64,000 bases of DNA from Hyalangium minutum (GTDB lineage: Bacteria > Myxococcota > Myxococcia > Myxococcales > Myxococcaceae), in contig NZ_JMCB01000003.1 in assembly GCF_000737315.1 (NCBI RefSeq), forward strand, positions 806,001-870,000, in the 5' to 3' direction. The position numbers were made by a program, and so were the translations under genes. Shown one piece after another: positions 1 through 9,495 of this stretch; position 1 is the first letter of the stretch; each line of letters opens with the position of its first letter. The notes below the pieces were generated by a model. It worked only from the letters and a program-made list of their open reading frames with translations, made no database searches and had not been told where the DNA came from.

Positions 1-1148
1 GTCTTGATGCCGAGCTTCGTCACGAACTCCTGAGCGATCTTCTCCTGCTGCGCCCGGGACACGGTGAAGCCCAGCTTGCGCTGCACCACCAGCGCGATGT
101 TCTCCCGCACGGACATGTCGGGGATGATCCCGTCCGCCTTGCGGTCCTCGGGGAGGAACGCCATGCCCTGATCGATGGCCTGACGGGGGCTCTTGGGCTG
201 AAAGCCGTTCACCGTGCCGCGGGTTGGATGATCGGCGCCAAAGAGCAGCCGAGCCGCCTCCGTGCGCCCCGAGCCCAGCAAGCCCGCGAACCCGACCACC
301 TCACCTGCGTGCACCGTCAGATCAAAGGGCTCCACGCCCCGGCGGCCCAGCCCCTGAGCGGTGACGACGGCGGGGCCCTTGCTCTCGGGGCTGCCGTGAA
401 GCGCCGGCTCCACCTCTTCGGGGACCTTGCCGAGCATCTGGGAGACCATCTCCAGGCGCGACAGCTTCGAGGCCTCATACGTCCCCACGAGCGTGCCGTT
501 GCGCAGCACGGTGATCCGGTCGCTGACGCGGTACACCTGCTCGATGAAGTGGGTGACGAAGATGATGCCCAGACCGCGCGCCTTGAGCCTCTCGATGATG
601 CCGAGCAGCACCTCGGTCTCGTGGCTGTCCAGGCTCGAGGTGGGCTCGTCCATGATGATGAGGCGGGCCTCGGTCTGCACCGCGCGGGCAATGGCCACCA
701 GTTGCTGCACGGCAGCAGACATGGTGCCCAGCGGCTGATCCACCGGCACCTTCAGATCGAAGGTGCCGAGGATCTCCTCGGCCTTGCGGCGCATGGCGTG
801 CCAGTCGATGCCGAACCACTTCCGGGGCGCGCGGCCGAGGAACAGGTTCTCCGCCACCGTCAGCGTGGGGATGAGGTTGAGCTCCTGGTAGATGGTGCTC
901 ATGCCCTTCTTCTGGGCATCCCCTGGAGAGGTAGGCCGAAAGTCCTTGCCCTCGAAGGTGATCGTCCCGCCGTCGCGCGGGTAGACCCCGGTGAGGAGCT
1001 TGATCAGCGTCGACTTGCCGGCGCCGTTCTGCCCCATGAGGGCGTGTACTTCGCCCGCACGAACATCGAGGTCCACACCGGCGAGGGCGTGGACCCCGGG
1101 GAAGCGCTTCTGAACGCCTCGAACGACGAGGAGCGGCTCAGTACTCAC
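1..1148 (-). CDS. Sugar ABC transporter ATP-binding protein (YtfR/RbsA-like, two NBDs); 3' end runs off the window
   Basis: Own translation from GTG at 1148 (overlaps stop of the binding-protein gene): MSTEPLLVVRGVQKRFPGVHAL...GQNGAGKSTLIK (Walker A)...IIMDEPTSSLD (Walker B)...GLLGSGRTE...FLPEDRKADG. Not in the ORF track because it lacks a stop in the window. Confidence 0.93.
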   Translation of the reverse strand, partial: MSTEPLLVVRGVQKRFPGVHALAGVDLDVRAGEVHALMGQNGAGKSTLIKLLTGVYPRDGGTITFEGKDFRPTSPGDAQKKGMSTIYQELNLIPTLTVAENLFLGRAPRKWFGIDWHAMRRKAEEILGTFDLKVPVDQPLGTMSAAVQQLVAIARAVQTEARLIIMDEPTSSLDSHETEVLLGIIERLKARGLGIIFVTHFIEQVYRVSDRITVLRNGTLVGTYEASKLSRLEMVSQMLGKVPEEVEPALHGSPESKGPAVVTAQGLGRRGVEPFDLTVHAGEVVGFAGLLGSGRTEAARLLFGADHPTRGTVNGFQPKSPRQAIDQGMAFLPEDRKADGIIPDMSVRENIALVVQRKLGFTVSRAQQEKIAQEFVTKLGIK

Positions 1149-2124
1149 GAGTGCCGATAACCTGCGCGGCGTTGGCCTGCTCGAAGAGCTGGTCCTTGTT
1201 CTGGATGAACTTGGGGAGCTTCTCGCCCTTGCGGACGCGGTCGATCGTGTCGAACACGAGGGGCCCCATCAGCGGGTTGCACTCGACGGTGGCGTTGAGC
1301 TTACCGGCGACCATGGCCTCGAAGGCGGCCTTCACGGCGTCCACGGAGATGACGATGACGTCCTTACCAGGGTTCATGCCGGCCTCCTCGAGCGCCTGGA
1401 TGGCGCCCAGGGCCATGTCGTCATTGTGGGCATAGACAGCCTGGATGTTCTTGCCGTCCGACTTGATGAAGGCCTCCATGACCTCCTTGCCCTTGGCGCG
1501 GGTGAAGTCGCCGCTCTGGCTCTTGACGATCTTCATGTCCGGGTTCTTGGCGAGGATCTCCTCGAAGCCCTTCTTGCGGTCGATGGCCGGGGCGGAGCCG
1601 GTGGTGCCCTGGAGTTCGTAGATGTTGGCCTTGGCGTTCGTCTTCTTGGCGAGCCACTCGGCGGCCATGCGGCCCTCCTCGACGAAGTCGCTGGCGATGA
1701 GCGTGGTGTAGAGGCTGTCGTCGCTGACCTTGACGCCGCGGTCCACGAGGATCACGGGAATGTTGGCATCCTTGGCCTGCTGGAGGACGGCGTCCCAGCC
1801 GGTCTCCACGACGGGGGCCAGCACGATGGCGTCCACCTTCTGCGCGATGAACGAGGTGAGCGCCTGGATCTGCTGGGCCTGCTTGCCCTGGGCGTCGGCG
1901 AACTTCAGATCGACGCCGCGCTTGGCGGCCTCGCCCTGGATGGACTTGGTCTCGGCCGTGCGCCAGGCGCTCTCGGCGCCCACTTGAGAGAAGCCGACGA
2001 CGAGCTTCTTCTCAGCGGCGGGAGCCGCGGCGGTGGAGCCACCCGAGGGCTGCTCAGCCTTGTCCGAGGACTGCTTGCTACAGCCAACCAGCGCCACCAG
2101 GGCAACCGCGATCATCCATCTCAT
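1138..2124 (-). CDS. ytfQ: Sugar ABC transporter substrate-binding lipoprotein, YtfQ (galactofuranose-binding)-like
   Basis: ATG at 2124, signal peptide with lipobox LVGC; motifs VGFSQVGAESAWRTAET, PVILVDR, SDFVEEG, HNDDMALGA, ATVECNP typical of YtfQ-type Peripla_BP proteins. Confidence 0.85.
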   Translation of the reverse strand: MRWMIAVALVALVGCSKQSSDKAEQPSGGSTAAAPAAEKKLVVGFSQVGAESAWRTAETKSIQGEAAKRGVDLKFADAQGKQAQQIQALTSFIAQKVDAIVLAPVVETGWDAVLQQAKDANIPVILVDRGVKVSDDSLYTTLIASDFVEEGRMAAEWLAKKTNAKANIYELQGTTGSAPAIDRKKGFEEILAKNPDMKIVKSQSGDFTRAKGKEVMEAFIKSDGKNIQAVYAHNDDMALGAIQALEEAGMNPGKDVIVISVDAVKAAFEAMVAGKLNATVECNPLMGPLVFDTIDRVRKGEKLPKFIQNKDQLFEQANAAQVIGTREY

Positions 2125-2241
2125 GGGGGTCTCTCCAGACGGGAACGGCGAACTCTCCTCACGGGAGCCGCCGGGTGCGATGAAAACCAGTGCTCTATAT
2201 GCAATCCGCCGTGTGCGGGCCAACTCGCGGCCCGCCGCGGA

Positions 2242-4110
2242 CTAGTTCTTCAGCTCGTAGACGCGGACATAGTCGAAGGTGGCGGTGAAGCCAGGGCCCG
2301 CCAGCGACACCAGGCCCATCTTGGCGCCTGTCCCCAGTTTGTGCGTCCACGTCCCTGCGCGGCTCCAGGAGGTGCCATTGCGACTGGAGTACGCCGTGAA
2401 GTGCTCCTCCTGGCCCACGATGCGCCGGGCGATCCGCAGCCACACCGTCTCCTCCGCGGGGCCACCAAAGGTTTCGCCATAGCGCGGGTAGCCGGCAGGC
2501 ACGTCCGGGCCCACCTCCTTGGCGAAAGCAATCTGCCGCGTCTCCCAGTAGGAGACCTCGCTCAGCTTGACGTAGTTGTCCTCGTCACTGTGCAGAAGAA
2601 TCCCTGCCTGGCGGTAGTTGAAGCAGCAGCTGGTCGGCGGCAGGTCGAGCGTGAGCTTCGTCTCCACGAGGTAGTTACCCGTGGGCGCCGTCTCCCAGAG
2701 GATCGAGGCATTGTCGCTGTCCACATAGAGGTCTGCGTCCTGCGTGTCGAAGCGGAAGGCGCCGTTGGCTACCGCGAACTTGTCAGCGGCCGGAGCGCGC
2801 ACCCAGTTCCACTTCCCATCGAGCGCGGTGCCATCGAACTCGTCCGAGGCGGAGGGGATAATGGCTCCGGGCTCATCCTGCATCACGACGGACACCGCGT
2901 ACCGGCTCTTGGTGCCCGTCAGCGCGGCGGGCGCGGCCTGCTCGGCGTCCGAGGAGCCCTGGCCACCGCGCACCACGGGCCACTCCTCCACCCAGTCCAG
3001 CGCATCCATCAACACCTGGCGCTTGGTGAGCATCCCCCCACCCGTGTCGGGAGCCAGATAGGGGCTGTTCTTGTCGATGCCGTGATACAGGACCCAGTCC
3101 TGGCCACCGAAGTCCGTGATGAGGGTGTTGTGGCCCGTCCCTACCCAGCGGTTGCCATTCATGCTCAGCACTGGGGTACCGCCCACGCGGTTCGTCGTGA
3201 GACGCACGCCCTCGCGGTCGACAAAGGGCCCCCAGGGATCCTTGGAGCGTCCGGCGAAGACGCCGTAGCCCGTGAGCGGGCCATTGCAACAATTCGCGGA
3301 GGACGCCAGCAGGTAATAGTAGTCGCCGTGTTTGATGACACTGGCGGCCTCGTAGCGATTGGCGACGGTGACCTCGACCTGGCTGTAGGGATCTGAGATC
3401 AGGCCATCCTCCGAGAGCTCACGCACCGAGATGCCGCCGTAATAGCTCCCGTAATAAATGTATTTCTTTCCAGTGTCGGTGATGAGCACCTCGGGATCAA
3501 TCACCCACCGCTTGGACTCACCACAGCAGGGCGCCTCATGGGTTTCCACGGCAGGCTTTGCCGCCTGGGTCCACGGTCCCAGCGGGCTGTTGCTGGTGGC
3601 GACGCCGATGGCGCTGCGATCGATCTGCTGGTCTGAGTTCCGGATCTCCACCATGGAGTAATACAGATAATATTTGCCACCGAAGAAGACGATCTCCGGC
3701 GCCCACATGTCAGGGTTTGCGAAATCCTTTGCCCAATCCGGGACCACGGAGAAGGCGTCTCCCACGTAGGTCCAGTCGACCAGGTTGGCCGACTTCAGCA
3801 TGGGAATGAGATGTTGTTTGTATTTGCCCTCGGCATCCTTGTCCTGATCATTCAGGGGATCGGAGGTGCAGTACATGTACCAGTTCGCATCCCCCTCCTG
3901 CTGCCCACGGATGACGGTGGGATCGGCGCAGTTCTCGAGCAGGCCGCTCGGGGGGAGGGTGAGCTTCAGGGGGTTGGTAAAGCGCTGGTCGACAAGCGTG
4001 GGCTCGGGCGTGGGAGGGGGATTCTCGGGCGGCTTCTCTTCTTCCCCGCAGGCCGTGGCGAACACCAATGCGAGCATTGGGAGCAGCGCTCCCCTCCGGC
4101 TCCAACGCAT
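2242..4110 (-). CDS. GH43 glycoside hydrolase lipoprotein with C-terminal beta-sandwich domain
   Basis: Lipobox FATAC; GH43 motifs CADP, WAPE, IDP, YEAA, GTGHN; C-terminal DEFDGTALDGKWNWVR beta-xylosidase-type module. ATG at 4110 chosen (GTG at 4116 possible). Confidence 0.88.
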   Translation of the reverse strand: MRWSRRGALLPMLALVFATACGEEEKPPENPPPTPEPTLVDQRFTNPLKLTLPPSGLLENCADPTVIRGQQEGDANWYMYCTSDPLNDQDKDAEGKYKQHLIPMLKSANLVDWTYVGDAFSVVPDWAKDFANPDMWAPEIVFFGGKYYLYYSMVEIRNSDQQIDRSAIGVATSNSPLGPWTQAAKPAVETHEAPCCGESKRWVIDPEVLITDTGKKYIYYGSYYGGISVRELSEDGLISDPYSQVEVTVANRYEAASVIKHGDYYYLLASSANCCNGPLTGYGVFAGRSKDPWGPFVDREGVRLTTNRVGGTPVLSMNGNRWVGTGHNTLITDFGGQDWVLYHGIDKNSPYLAPDTGGGMLTKRQVLMDALDWVEEWPVVRGGQGSSDAEQAAPAALTGTKSRYAVSVVMQDEPGAIIPSASDEFDGTALDGKWNWVRAPAADKFAVANGAFRFDTQDADLYVDSDNASILWETAPTGNYLVETKLTLDLPPTSCCFNYRQAGILLHSDEDNYVKLSEVSYWETRQIAFAKEVGPDVPAGYPRYGETFGGPAEETVWLRIARRIVGQEEHFTAYSSRNGTSWSRAGTWTHKLGTGAKMGLVSLAGPGFTATFDYVRVYELKN

Positions 4111-4247
4111 GTCCACTTCCCCTTTTGGGTCGATGTAACGGTAGGGCGGACTTGTCTTACAGGGAGACAGAGTGTGTCAAGGCCGACAACGCAAGCCTGC
4201 ATGCCGTGACGCGTATTTTCCTGGACCCAGGTCCCATGTCCAATGCA

Positions 4248-4292
4248 TTGCGTCAAGGATTTATGTTCGCTGCTCGACAGAAATTGACGCAA
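4248..4292. promoter_or_regulatory. Perfect 9-bp inverted repeat TTGCGTCAA-N27-TTGACGCAA in the divergent GH43 intergenic region (operator or back-to-back -35 elements)
   Basis: ttgcgtcaa at 4248-4256 and ttgacgcaa at 4284-4292 are exact reverse complements; lies in an AT-richer divergent promoter region. Confidence 0.45.
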
Positions 4293-4396
4293 AGACATAA
4301 CATGGCTCATCTTTTTACACTGCCTGTATGGGTTCGGTTGGATTGACCATTGAATCTTTGGCGCCGTAGGCTGCCGCCCCCCAACCGAGGTGCCCT

Positions 4397-6004
4397 ATGC
4401 GCGCACGCCGCGTATTGCTTTCCACCGCCCTGTTCTCGCTGTCTCTGCTGGCAGCGCTCTCTGCTTCGAGTTGCACGGAAGACAAGCAGCCCCCCGTCGA
4501 GAATCCACCCGAGCAGCCTCCCCCACCGCCTCCTCCGCTGCAGATCACGAACCCGGTGCTGCCCGGCGACTACGCGGATCCGTCGGTGGTGCGCGTAGGA
4601 GATGAGTACTGGGCGTCGGCGACGTCGTCGGAGTGGGCGCCGCAGTTCCCATTGCTGAAATCGAGAGACCTGCTCAACTGGGAGCAGGTGGGCCACATCT
4701 TCCAGACGCCGCCGGAGTGGTCCGAGGCCAACTACTGGGCCCCGGAGCTGGTGGTCGACCAGGGCCGCACCTTCGTTATCTACACGGCGAAGAAGAAGGG
4801 AGGGCCGCTGTGCGTAGGCGTGGCGACGGCTCCGTCGGTCTCGGGGCCGTATACCGATCGCGGTCCGCTCGTGTGCCAGGAGCTGGGCTCGATCGACGGT
4901 GCGATGATCCGCGACGAGAACAACAAGCTGTACCTGGTATGGAAGGAGGACGGGAACAGCCGGGGATTGCCAACGCCCTTCTGGGCGCAGCCCCTGTCCG
5001 AGGACGGCACGCAGCTGGTCGGCGAGAAGAAGGCCATCCTGATGAATGACGTGCCGTGGGAGGGGCAGCTCATCGAGGGACCGCACCTCATCAAGCGCAA
5101 CGGCTGGTTCTACGTCTTCTACGCGGGCGCGGGCTGCTGCGGGAAGGGCTGCAACTATGGAGTGGGTGTGGCGCGCTCGAAGAAGCTGCTCGACGGATGG
5201 GAGAAGAATCCGCTCAACCCCATCATGAAGAACAACGAGTCGTTCAAGTGCCCGGGCCACGGCAGCGTGGTGACGGACACGCTGGGTCGGGACTACTTCC
5301 TGTACCACGCCTATCGCGTCACGGACTCCGTGTACGCGGGCCGACAGGGCGTGTTGGATCAGATCACGTGGGGTGAGGACGGCTGGCCGACGATCAACTC
5401 GCGACGGGGCGTGGGCGGGCAGGTGCTGGCGAAGCCGCCAGCCTGGAGCGATGAGTTCACCACGGAGATGATGACGCAGGGCTGGCAGTGGCCGAACGGG
5501 CGCAAGCCGATGACGAGCATCTCCAACGGCGTGCTGACGCTGGCGCCTCCGGCCGATCGCGCCATGGACATGATGGGCGGGGTCCTGGCCCGCTCCTCCC
5601 CTTCGGGCAATTACACGGCCGTGGCAATCCTGGACCGGACGGGGCTCGGAGCGGAGACGGCGGCGGGGCTGTCGGCTTTTGGCGATCCTGAGAACGCCAT
5701 CGTCGTCGCCCTGCGTGGGCCCAAGGTGGAGCTGTGGCGCCGCCAGGGCAACGCCCAGCAACTGGTCACCACCGTGGATGCTCCGGCGGCGGGGGATACG
5801 CTGCACCTGCGAGTGACGGCACGAACGGGCTACCTGTTCCAGTTCGCAGTGAGCCCGGATGGGAGCACGTGGACGAACGTGGGCGGCGATCAGAACGGCG
5901 AGTTCCTACCGCCGTGGGATCGCGCCGTGCGCGTGGCGCTCACGGTGGGCGGTGCGGCGGGGGCTTCGGCCCGCTTCGACTCGTTGCGCATCACCCCTGA
6001 ATAG
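4397..6004 (+). CDS. GH43 glycoside hydrolase lipoprotein (beta-xylosidase/arabinofuranosidase/galactofuranosidase family)
   Basis: Signal peptide with Cys (SASSC), Pro-rich linker, YADPS, WAPE, SIDG, IEGP, PGHGS motifs, C-terminal GH43_C-like domain (WSDEF...WQWP). Confidence 0.9.
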   Translation: MRARRVLLSTALFSLSLLAALSASSCTEDKQPPVENPPEQPPPPPPPLQITNPVLPGDYADPSVVRVGDEYWASATSSEWAPQFPLLKSRDLLNWEQVGHIFQTPPEWSEANYWAPELVVDQGRTFVIYTAKKKGGPLCVGVATAPSVSGPYTDRGPLVCQELGSIDGAMIRDENNKLYLVWKEDGNSRGLPTPFWAQPLSEDGTQLVGEKKAILMNDVPWEGQLIEGPHLIKRNGWFYVFYAGAGCCGKGCNYGVGVARSKKLLDGWEKNPLNPIMKNNESFKCPGHGSVVTDTLGRDYFLYHAYRVTDSVYAGRQGVLDQITWGEDGWPTINSRRGVGGQVLAKPPAWSDEFTTEMMTQGWQWPNGRKPMTSISNGVLTLAPPADRAMDMMGGVLARSSPSGNYTAVAILDRTGLGAETAAGLSAFGDPENAIVVALRGPKVELWRRQGNAQQLVTTVDAPAAGDTLHLRVTARTGYLFQFAVSPDGSTWTNVGGDQNGEFLPPWDRAVRVALTVGGAAGASARFDSLRITPE

Positions 6005-6018
6005 GCCAAAAGGGCTGT

Positions 6019-7125
6019 GTGAGCCCTTCCTTCCAGGATCTGTTCGGACATCCCCCGGAGGTCGAAGCCGAGGCCCCCGGGCGGGTGAACCTGATCGGCG
6101 AGCACACCGACTACAACGGTGGCTACGTCCTGCCAATGGCCATCCCGCAGCAGACGCAGGTTGCGCTGCGGAGGCGCGCGGACAAGCGAGTGCGCGCCTT
6201 CAGCGTGAACACGAGCCGGTCCGGAGAGATCCTCGAGTACGAGCTGGGCCAGGAGTCCGTTGGAAAGCACTGGCTCGACTATGTGAAGGGGGTCACACAG
6301 GTGCTCCAGCGCGAGGGCCACGCGCTGACGGGATTCGAGATCTGGATTTCGTCGGAAGTTCCGCTGGGGAGCGGGCTGTCCTCGAGTGCATCGCTGGACG
6401 TGGCCATCCTCCGGGCGCTGCGCGAGCTGTTCTCGCTGCCGGTGGAGGACGTTCCGCTCGCGATCCTGGGACAGAAGGTCGAGAACGACTTCGTCGGCGC
6501 ACCCGTGGGCATCATGGATCCGATGGCTGTCCATCTTGCTGACCAGGGGATGGCGCTCTTCCTCGACACCCGGCTCATGCGCTTCGAGCGGGTGCCCTTG
6601 CCGCGCGCACTGGATCCCATCGTCATCAACTCGGGGGTGGCGCACAACCACGCCGCGGGCGACTACCGCGTCCGCCGCGCGGAGTGCGAGCAAGCTGCGG
6701 CCCTTCTGGGAGTCCAGCAGCTGCGGGATCTGTCCACGGTGGATCTGCTCCGGGCCGAGAAACTGCCAGCACCGCTGGGCCAGCGCGTTCGTCACGTGGT
6801 CACGGAGAATGCCCGGGTGCTTGCCGCCGTCCAGGCCCTGCGCTCCGAGGAGCTCGACCGCCTGGGAAATCTCTTCTACGCCTCGCATGACTCCCAGCGC
6901 CGCGACTACGAGGTCTCAGTCCCTGAGATCGATCTGCTCGTGGACATTGCCAAGGAGGACGCGGACGTCTACGGCGCGAGGCTTACAGGCGGTGGCTTTG
7001 GCGGCTCCGTGGTCATGCTGGCCAAGGCTGGCACGGGTTCCGACGCGGCTGCTCGGATTGCTGAGATTTACGCGAAACGCTCGGGACAGCGGCCCTCTGT
7101 TCTCGTTCCACAGGCCCACAGCTGA
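6019..7125 (+). CDS. galK: Galactokinase
   Basis: PGRVNLIGEHTDYNGG galactokinase signature, VPLGSGLSSSAS GHMP ATP motif, GARLTGGGFGG. Confidence 0.96.
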   Translation: MSPSFQDLFGHPPEVEAEAPGRVNLIGEHTDYNGGYVLPMAIPQQTQVALRRRADKRVRAFSVNTSRSGEILEYELGQESVGKHWLDYVKGVTQVLQREGHALTGFEIWISSEVPLGSGLSSSASLDVAILRALRELFSLPVEDVPLAILGQKVENDFVGAPVGIMDPMAVHLADQGMALFLDTRLMRFERVPLPRALDPIVINSGVAHNHAAGDYRVRRAECEQAAALLGVQQLRDLSTVDLLRAEKLPAPLGQRVRHVVTENARVLAAVQALRSEELDRLGNLFYASHDSQRRDYEVSVPEIDLLVDIAKEDADVYGARLTGGGFGGSVVMLAKAGTGSDAAARIAEIYAKRSGQRPSVLVPQAHS

Positions 7126-7196
7126 GGGACCCACAGGTCGCGGGTCCCTCGCTGCGGGGCGGGTCCCCCCGTCGGCTGACGGGTCCGCCCGCCCCG
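7124..7196. terminator. Twin GC-rich hairpins between convergent galK and M24 genes
   Basis: gagggaccc(7124-7132)/gggtccctc(7142-7150) perfect 9 bp; cggggcggg(7155-7163)/cccgccccg(7188-7196) with inner cccgtc/gacggg; no U-tract. Confidence 0.5.
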
Positions 7197-7220
7197 GCGT
7201 CCCGCTCTCTCAGGTGACGT

Positions 7221-8333
7221 TCAGCGCACCAGCAGATCAGGCCTCGCTCGGCCCTCCACGGTGAACGTCGGCCACCGCGGATCCACCGTGAGGATCTCCA
7301 GGTCTCCTCCCTCCGTCAGCACCACCGTGTCCTCGATCTTCGCCCCAGGCAACGACGGGTTCCAGGCCATCGCGTTGCTCGGCTGCAGCACCACCTTCGA
7401 CCCTGGCACCGCCACATCGTCACGCGACAGGTAACCGCACGAGCCCCCTTGATGGTGGTACGCCTCCGCCCCCGGATGCCCACTGGCTCGGTAGGCCTCC
7501 ACCATCGCGCTGTAGACCTGCCCCAGGGTCACTCCGGCCCTCGATGCATGGAAGGCTGCTGCTTCGACTCGCGCTACGTCCGCCGCCAACCGGCGCTCCT
7601 CCGCTGTCGGCTCCCGGAAGTAGACGAACCGGGTCAGGTTCGCGAACAGCCCGTGCCGACGCCCGCAGAAGACCAGCATGGCTCGAGCTCCCAGCCGCTC
7701 ATGACTCGCTGTCGCGTGCCGGTGCAACGGCAGCCGCCGCTCCTCCCCCACCAACGTCAACGCCGGGTGGATGCCCCTCGCCCAGAGCGCCTCGGCCCCA
7801 GCCCCCGCGAGCTGCCAGCCCGTCCACTCCGGCTTCGCTTCCCGCAGCACCTCCGTCATCGCCTCCGCCGCGTCTCTCCCCAACGCCCGGTACCGCTCCA
7901 GCTCCTGGGGAAGCAGGGAGTGCCTCGCGTCCACCAGCTCCCCTGGCAGCGGTACCTCTTGCCCCGAAGGCCGATCCGAGGCCACCACGCCCCCTCCCCG
8001 CTTCTCCTCCACGAACGCCTCGCGCTGCCCGCGCTCCGTCCATGGGCACGACCACACCCTCAGCCCCCGCGGCACCTCCTCCTGCTCCATCCGCGCCGCC
8101 TCGATGGCGTCCGTCAACACCCACGCCGACGCACGGGTGATGAGCACCTCGGCCACCCCCGCGTCCGTCGCCAGCAGCACCACGTTCGACCCACCACAGG
8201 TCGCCCACGCGAACCAGTCCACCCCTCGCAGCCGCACCGCGCTCAGGCCGTGCTGCTCCATGATGGCCCTCACCCGCGCCAGCTTCACCTCGAGCTCCGA
8301 CGCCCCTCCCTCCTGCTTCTTCAGCGAGTTCAC
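7221..8333 (-). CDS. M24 (pita-bread fold) family protein, Xaa-Pro peptidase/creatinase-like
   Basis: GTG at 8333 overlaps the stop of the upstream gene (GTGA); motifs [24 protein letters not shown]. Confidence 0.8.
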   Translation of the reverse strand: MNSLKKQEGGASELEVKLARVRAIMEQHGLSAVRLRGVDWFAWATCGGSNVVLLATDAGVAEVLITRASAWVLTDAIEAARMEQEEVPRGLRVWSCPWTERGQREAFVEEKRGGGVVASDRPSGQEVPLPGELVDARHSLLPQELERYRALGRDAAEAMTEVLREAKPEWTGWQLAGAGAEALWARGIHPALTLVGEERRLPLHRHATASHERLGARAMLVFCGRRHGLFANLTRFVYFREPTAEERRLAADVARVEAAAFHASRAGVTLGQVYSAMVEAYRASGHPGAEAYHHQGGSCGYLSRDDVAVPGSKVVLQPSNAMAWNPSLPGAKIEDTVVLTEGGDLEILTVDPRWPTFTVEGRARPDLLVR

Positions 8334-9445
8334 TGCGAATCGCCTCCCTTGGCTGGCATCTGCAACCGCTCGCGCAGCCGCGGAACCACGAGCTGCAGAT
8401 CCTCGGGCGCCTTCACCGGCTCGAAGCGGGACGTCTTCGCATCCTGCCGAGGCACCTCGATGAACGCCACCGAGAGGAACGGCTTCCCGTCGGCTCCGAC
8501 CAACGTGCTCGCCTCTCCCGTGATCTGCTCGATCTGCAGCACCTCCTGCCCCTCCACCTTCTTCTTCGCGATCCGGTAGGGAACCTCGATCTCCTTCTCC
8601 AGAAGCGCCTGCAGCGTGAACGCGAGGTTGTTCGTCGAGATCAACGCGTGCTTCTTCGAGTCGACATGCTCGATGAGCTGGAGGTGATTCCCGATGCGGA
8701 CCGGCGCCGCTCCCGTATCCAGCGTCCCCTGCGTGTTGGCCCGAGGCGTCACCTCCACCGTCATCTCGCAGGCCAGCTTCACGTGAAGCCCGATGATCAA
8801 TGGATCCAGCGTCGCTCCCAGGTTGTCGACGTTGGAGAAGAACACATGGCGCACGCCTCTCCGGCGCAGTTGCTCCCCCGCCCCCGTCTCTCGAAGCGCC
8901 CGGAAGAAGTCTCCGTGTCCCGACGGCGCGAAGGACAGCTGCCCGTCCGCTCCCCGGAACAGCTCCCAGTTGGGCGTCAGCCGCGGCAGCATCCGCTGGC
9001 GGAACAGCACCACCTGCTTCTCCCAACCGTGCTGCTTGACGAAGTCCTCGATCGCCTCATGGCTCAACGGCGACGTCATCATCGCCACCGGCACGGTGGC
9101 GCCATAGCGCTCGCCCACCTGCCGGAAGTTCTCCATCCGCAGATCCAGGAAGGTGCGCCCATCGAGGACCGGCGACAGTGCCTTCACTCCACCACCAAAG
9201 CGGGTGGCCGCACCTCCTACCAGGATGACGACAGAAACCTCTCCTCGCCGTAGGGCCTCCTCCCCCAACCGCACGCACTCCGCATGGAGCGGTGTCCCGG
9301 GCTGAGGCATGGACTGGAGATCTGTGGCAGCCAATGGCTGCGGTTCCGCCGGACGATCCGTGGGAGCCTTGCGCTGGGCCTCCTCCCGGAGCCGAGTCAC
9401 CAACTTCTCGAACCGCGCCGCGTCGAAGCCTTCGGTCTCATTCAT
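8330..9445 (-). CDS. UDPGP-family UTP--hexose-1-phosphate uridylyltransferase (eukaryote-like UGP/USP type)
   Basis: [14 protein letters not shown] nucleotide-binding loop, [24 protein letters not shown]; ATG at 9445. Confidence 0.85.
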   Translation of the reverse strand: MNETEGFDAARFEKLVTRLREEAQRKAPTDRPAEPQPLAATDLQSMPQPGTPLHAECVRLGEEALRRGEVSVVILVGGAATRFGGGVKALSPVLDGRTFLDLRMENFRQVGERYGATVPVAMMTSPLSHEAIEDFVKQHGWEKQVVLFRQRMLPRLTPNWELFRGADGQLSFAPSGHGDFFRALRETGAGEQLRRRGVRHVFFSNVDNLGATLDPLIIGLHVKLACEMTVEVTPRANTQGTLDTGAAPVRIGNHLQLIEHVDSKKHALISTNNLAFTLQALLEKEIEVPYRIAKKKVEGQEVLQIEQITGEASTLVGADGKPFLSVAFIEVPRQDAKTSRFEPVKAPEDLQLVVPRLRERLQMPAKGGDSQ

Positions 9446-9495
9446 GAGCGCGAGCTTACTAGCCGTCGGCCCGAACGCCTTCAACCTCTACGGGC

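Noticed and set aside
228-3396. Long plus-strand ORFs 228..1160 and 1426..3396 (likewise 4307..5806, 10609..12903, 12756..15512, 28668..30497, 37630..40089, 52263..53975, 60576..62111)
   Set aside because: Antisense shadows of well-supported genes; stop-poor reverse frames are expected in high-GC DNA and the translations show no family motifs.
4016-4023. Another AATCCCCC (minus strand)
   Set aside because: Inside the GH43 coding region (Glu-Asn-Pro-Pro codons) with no flanking stem; consistent with chance.
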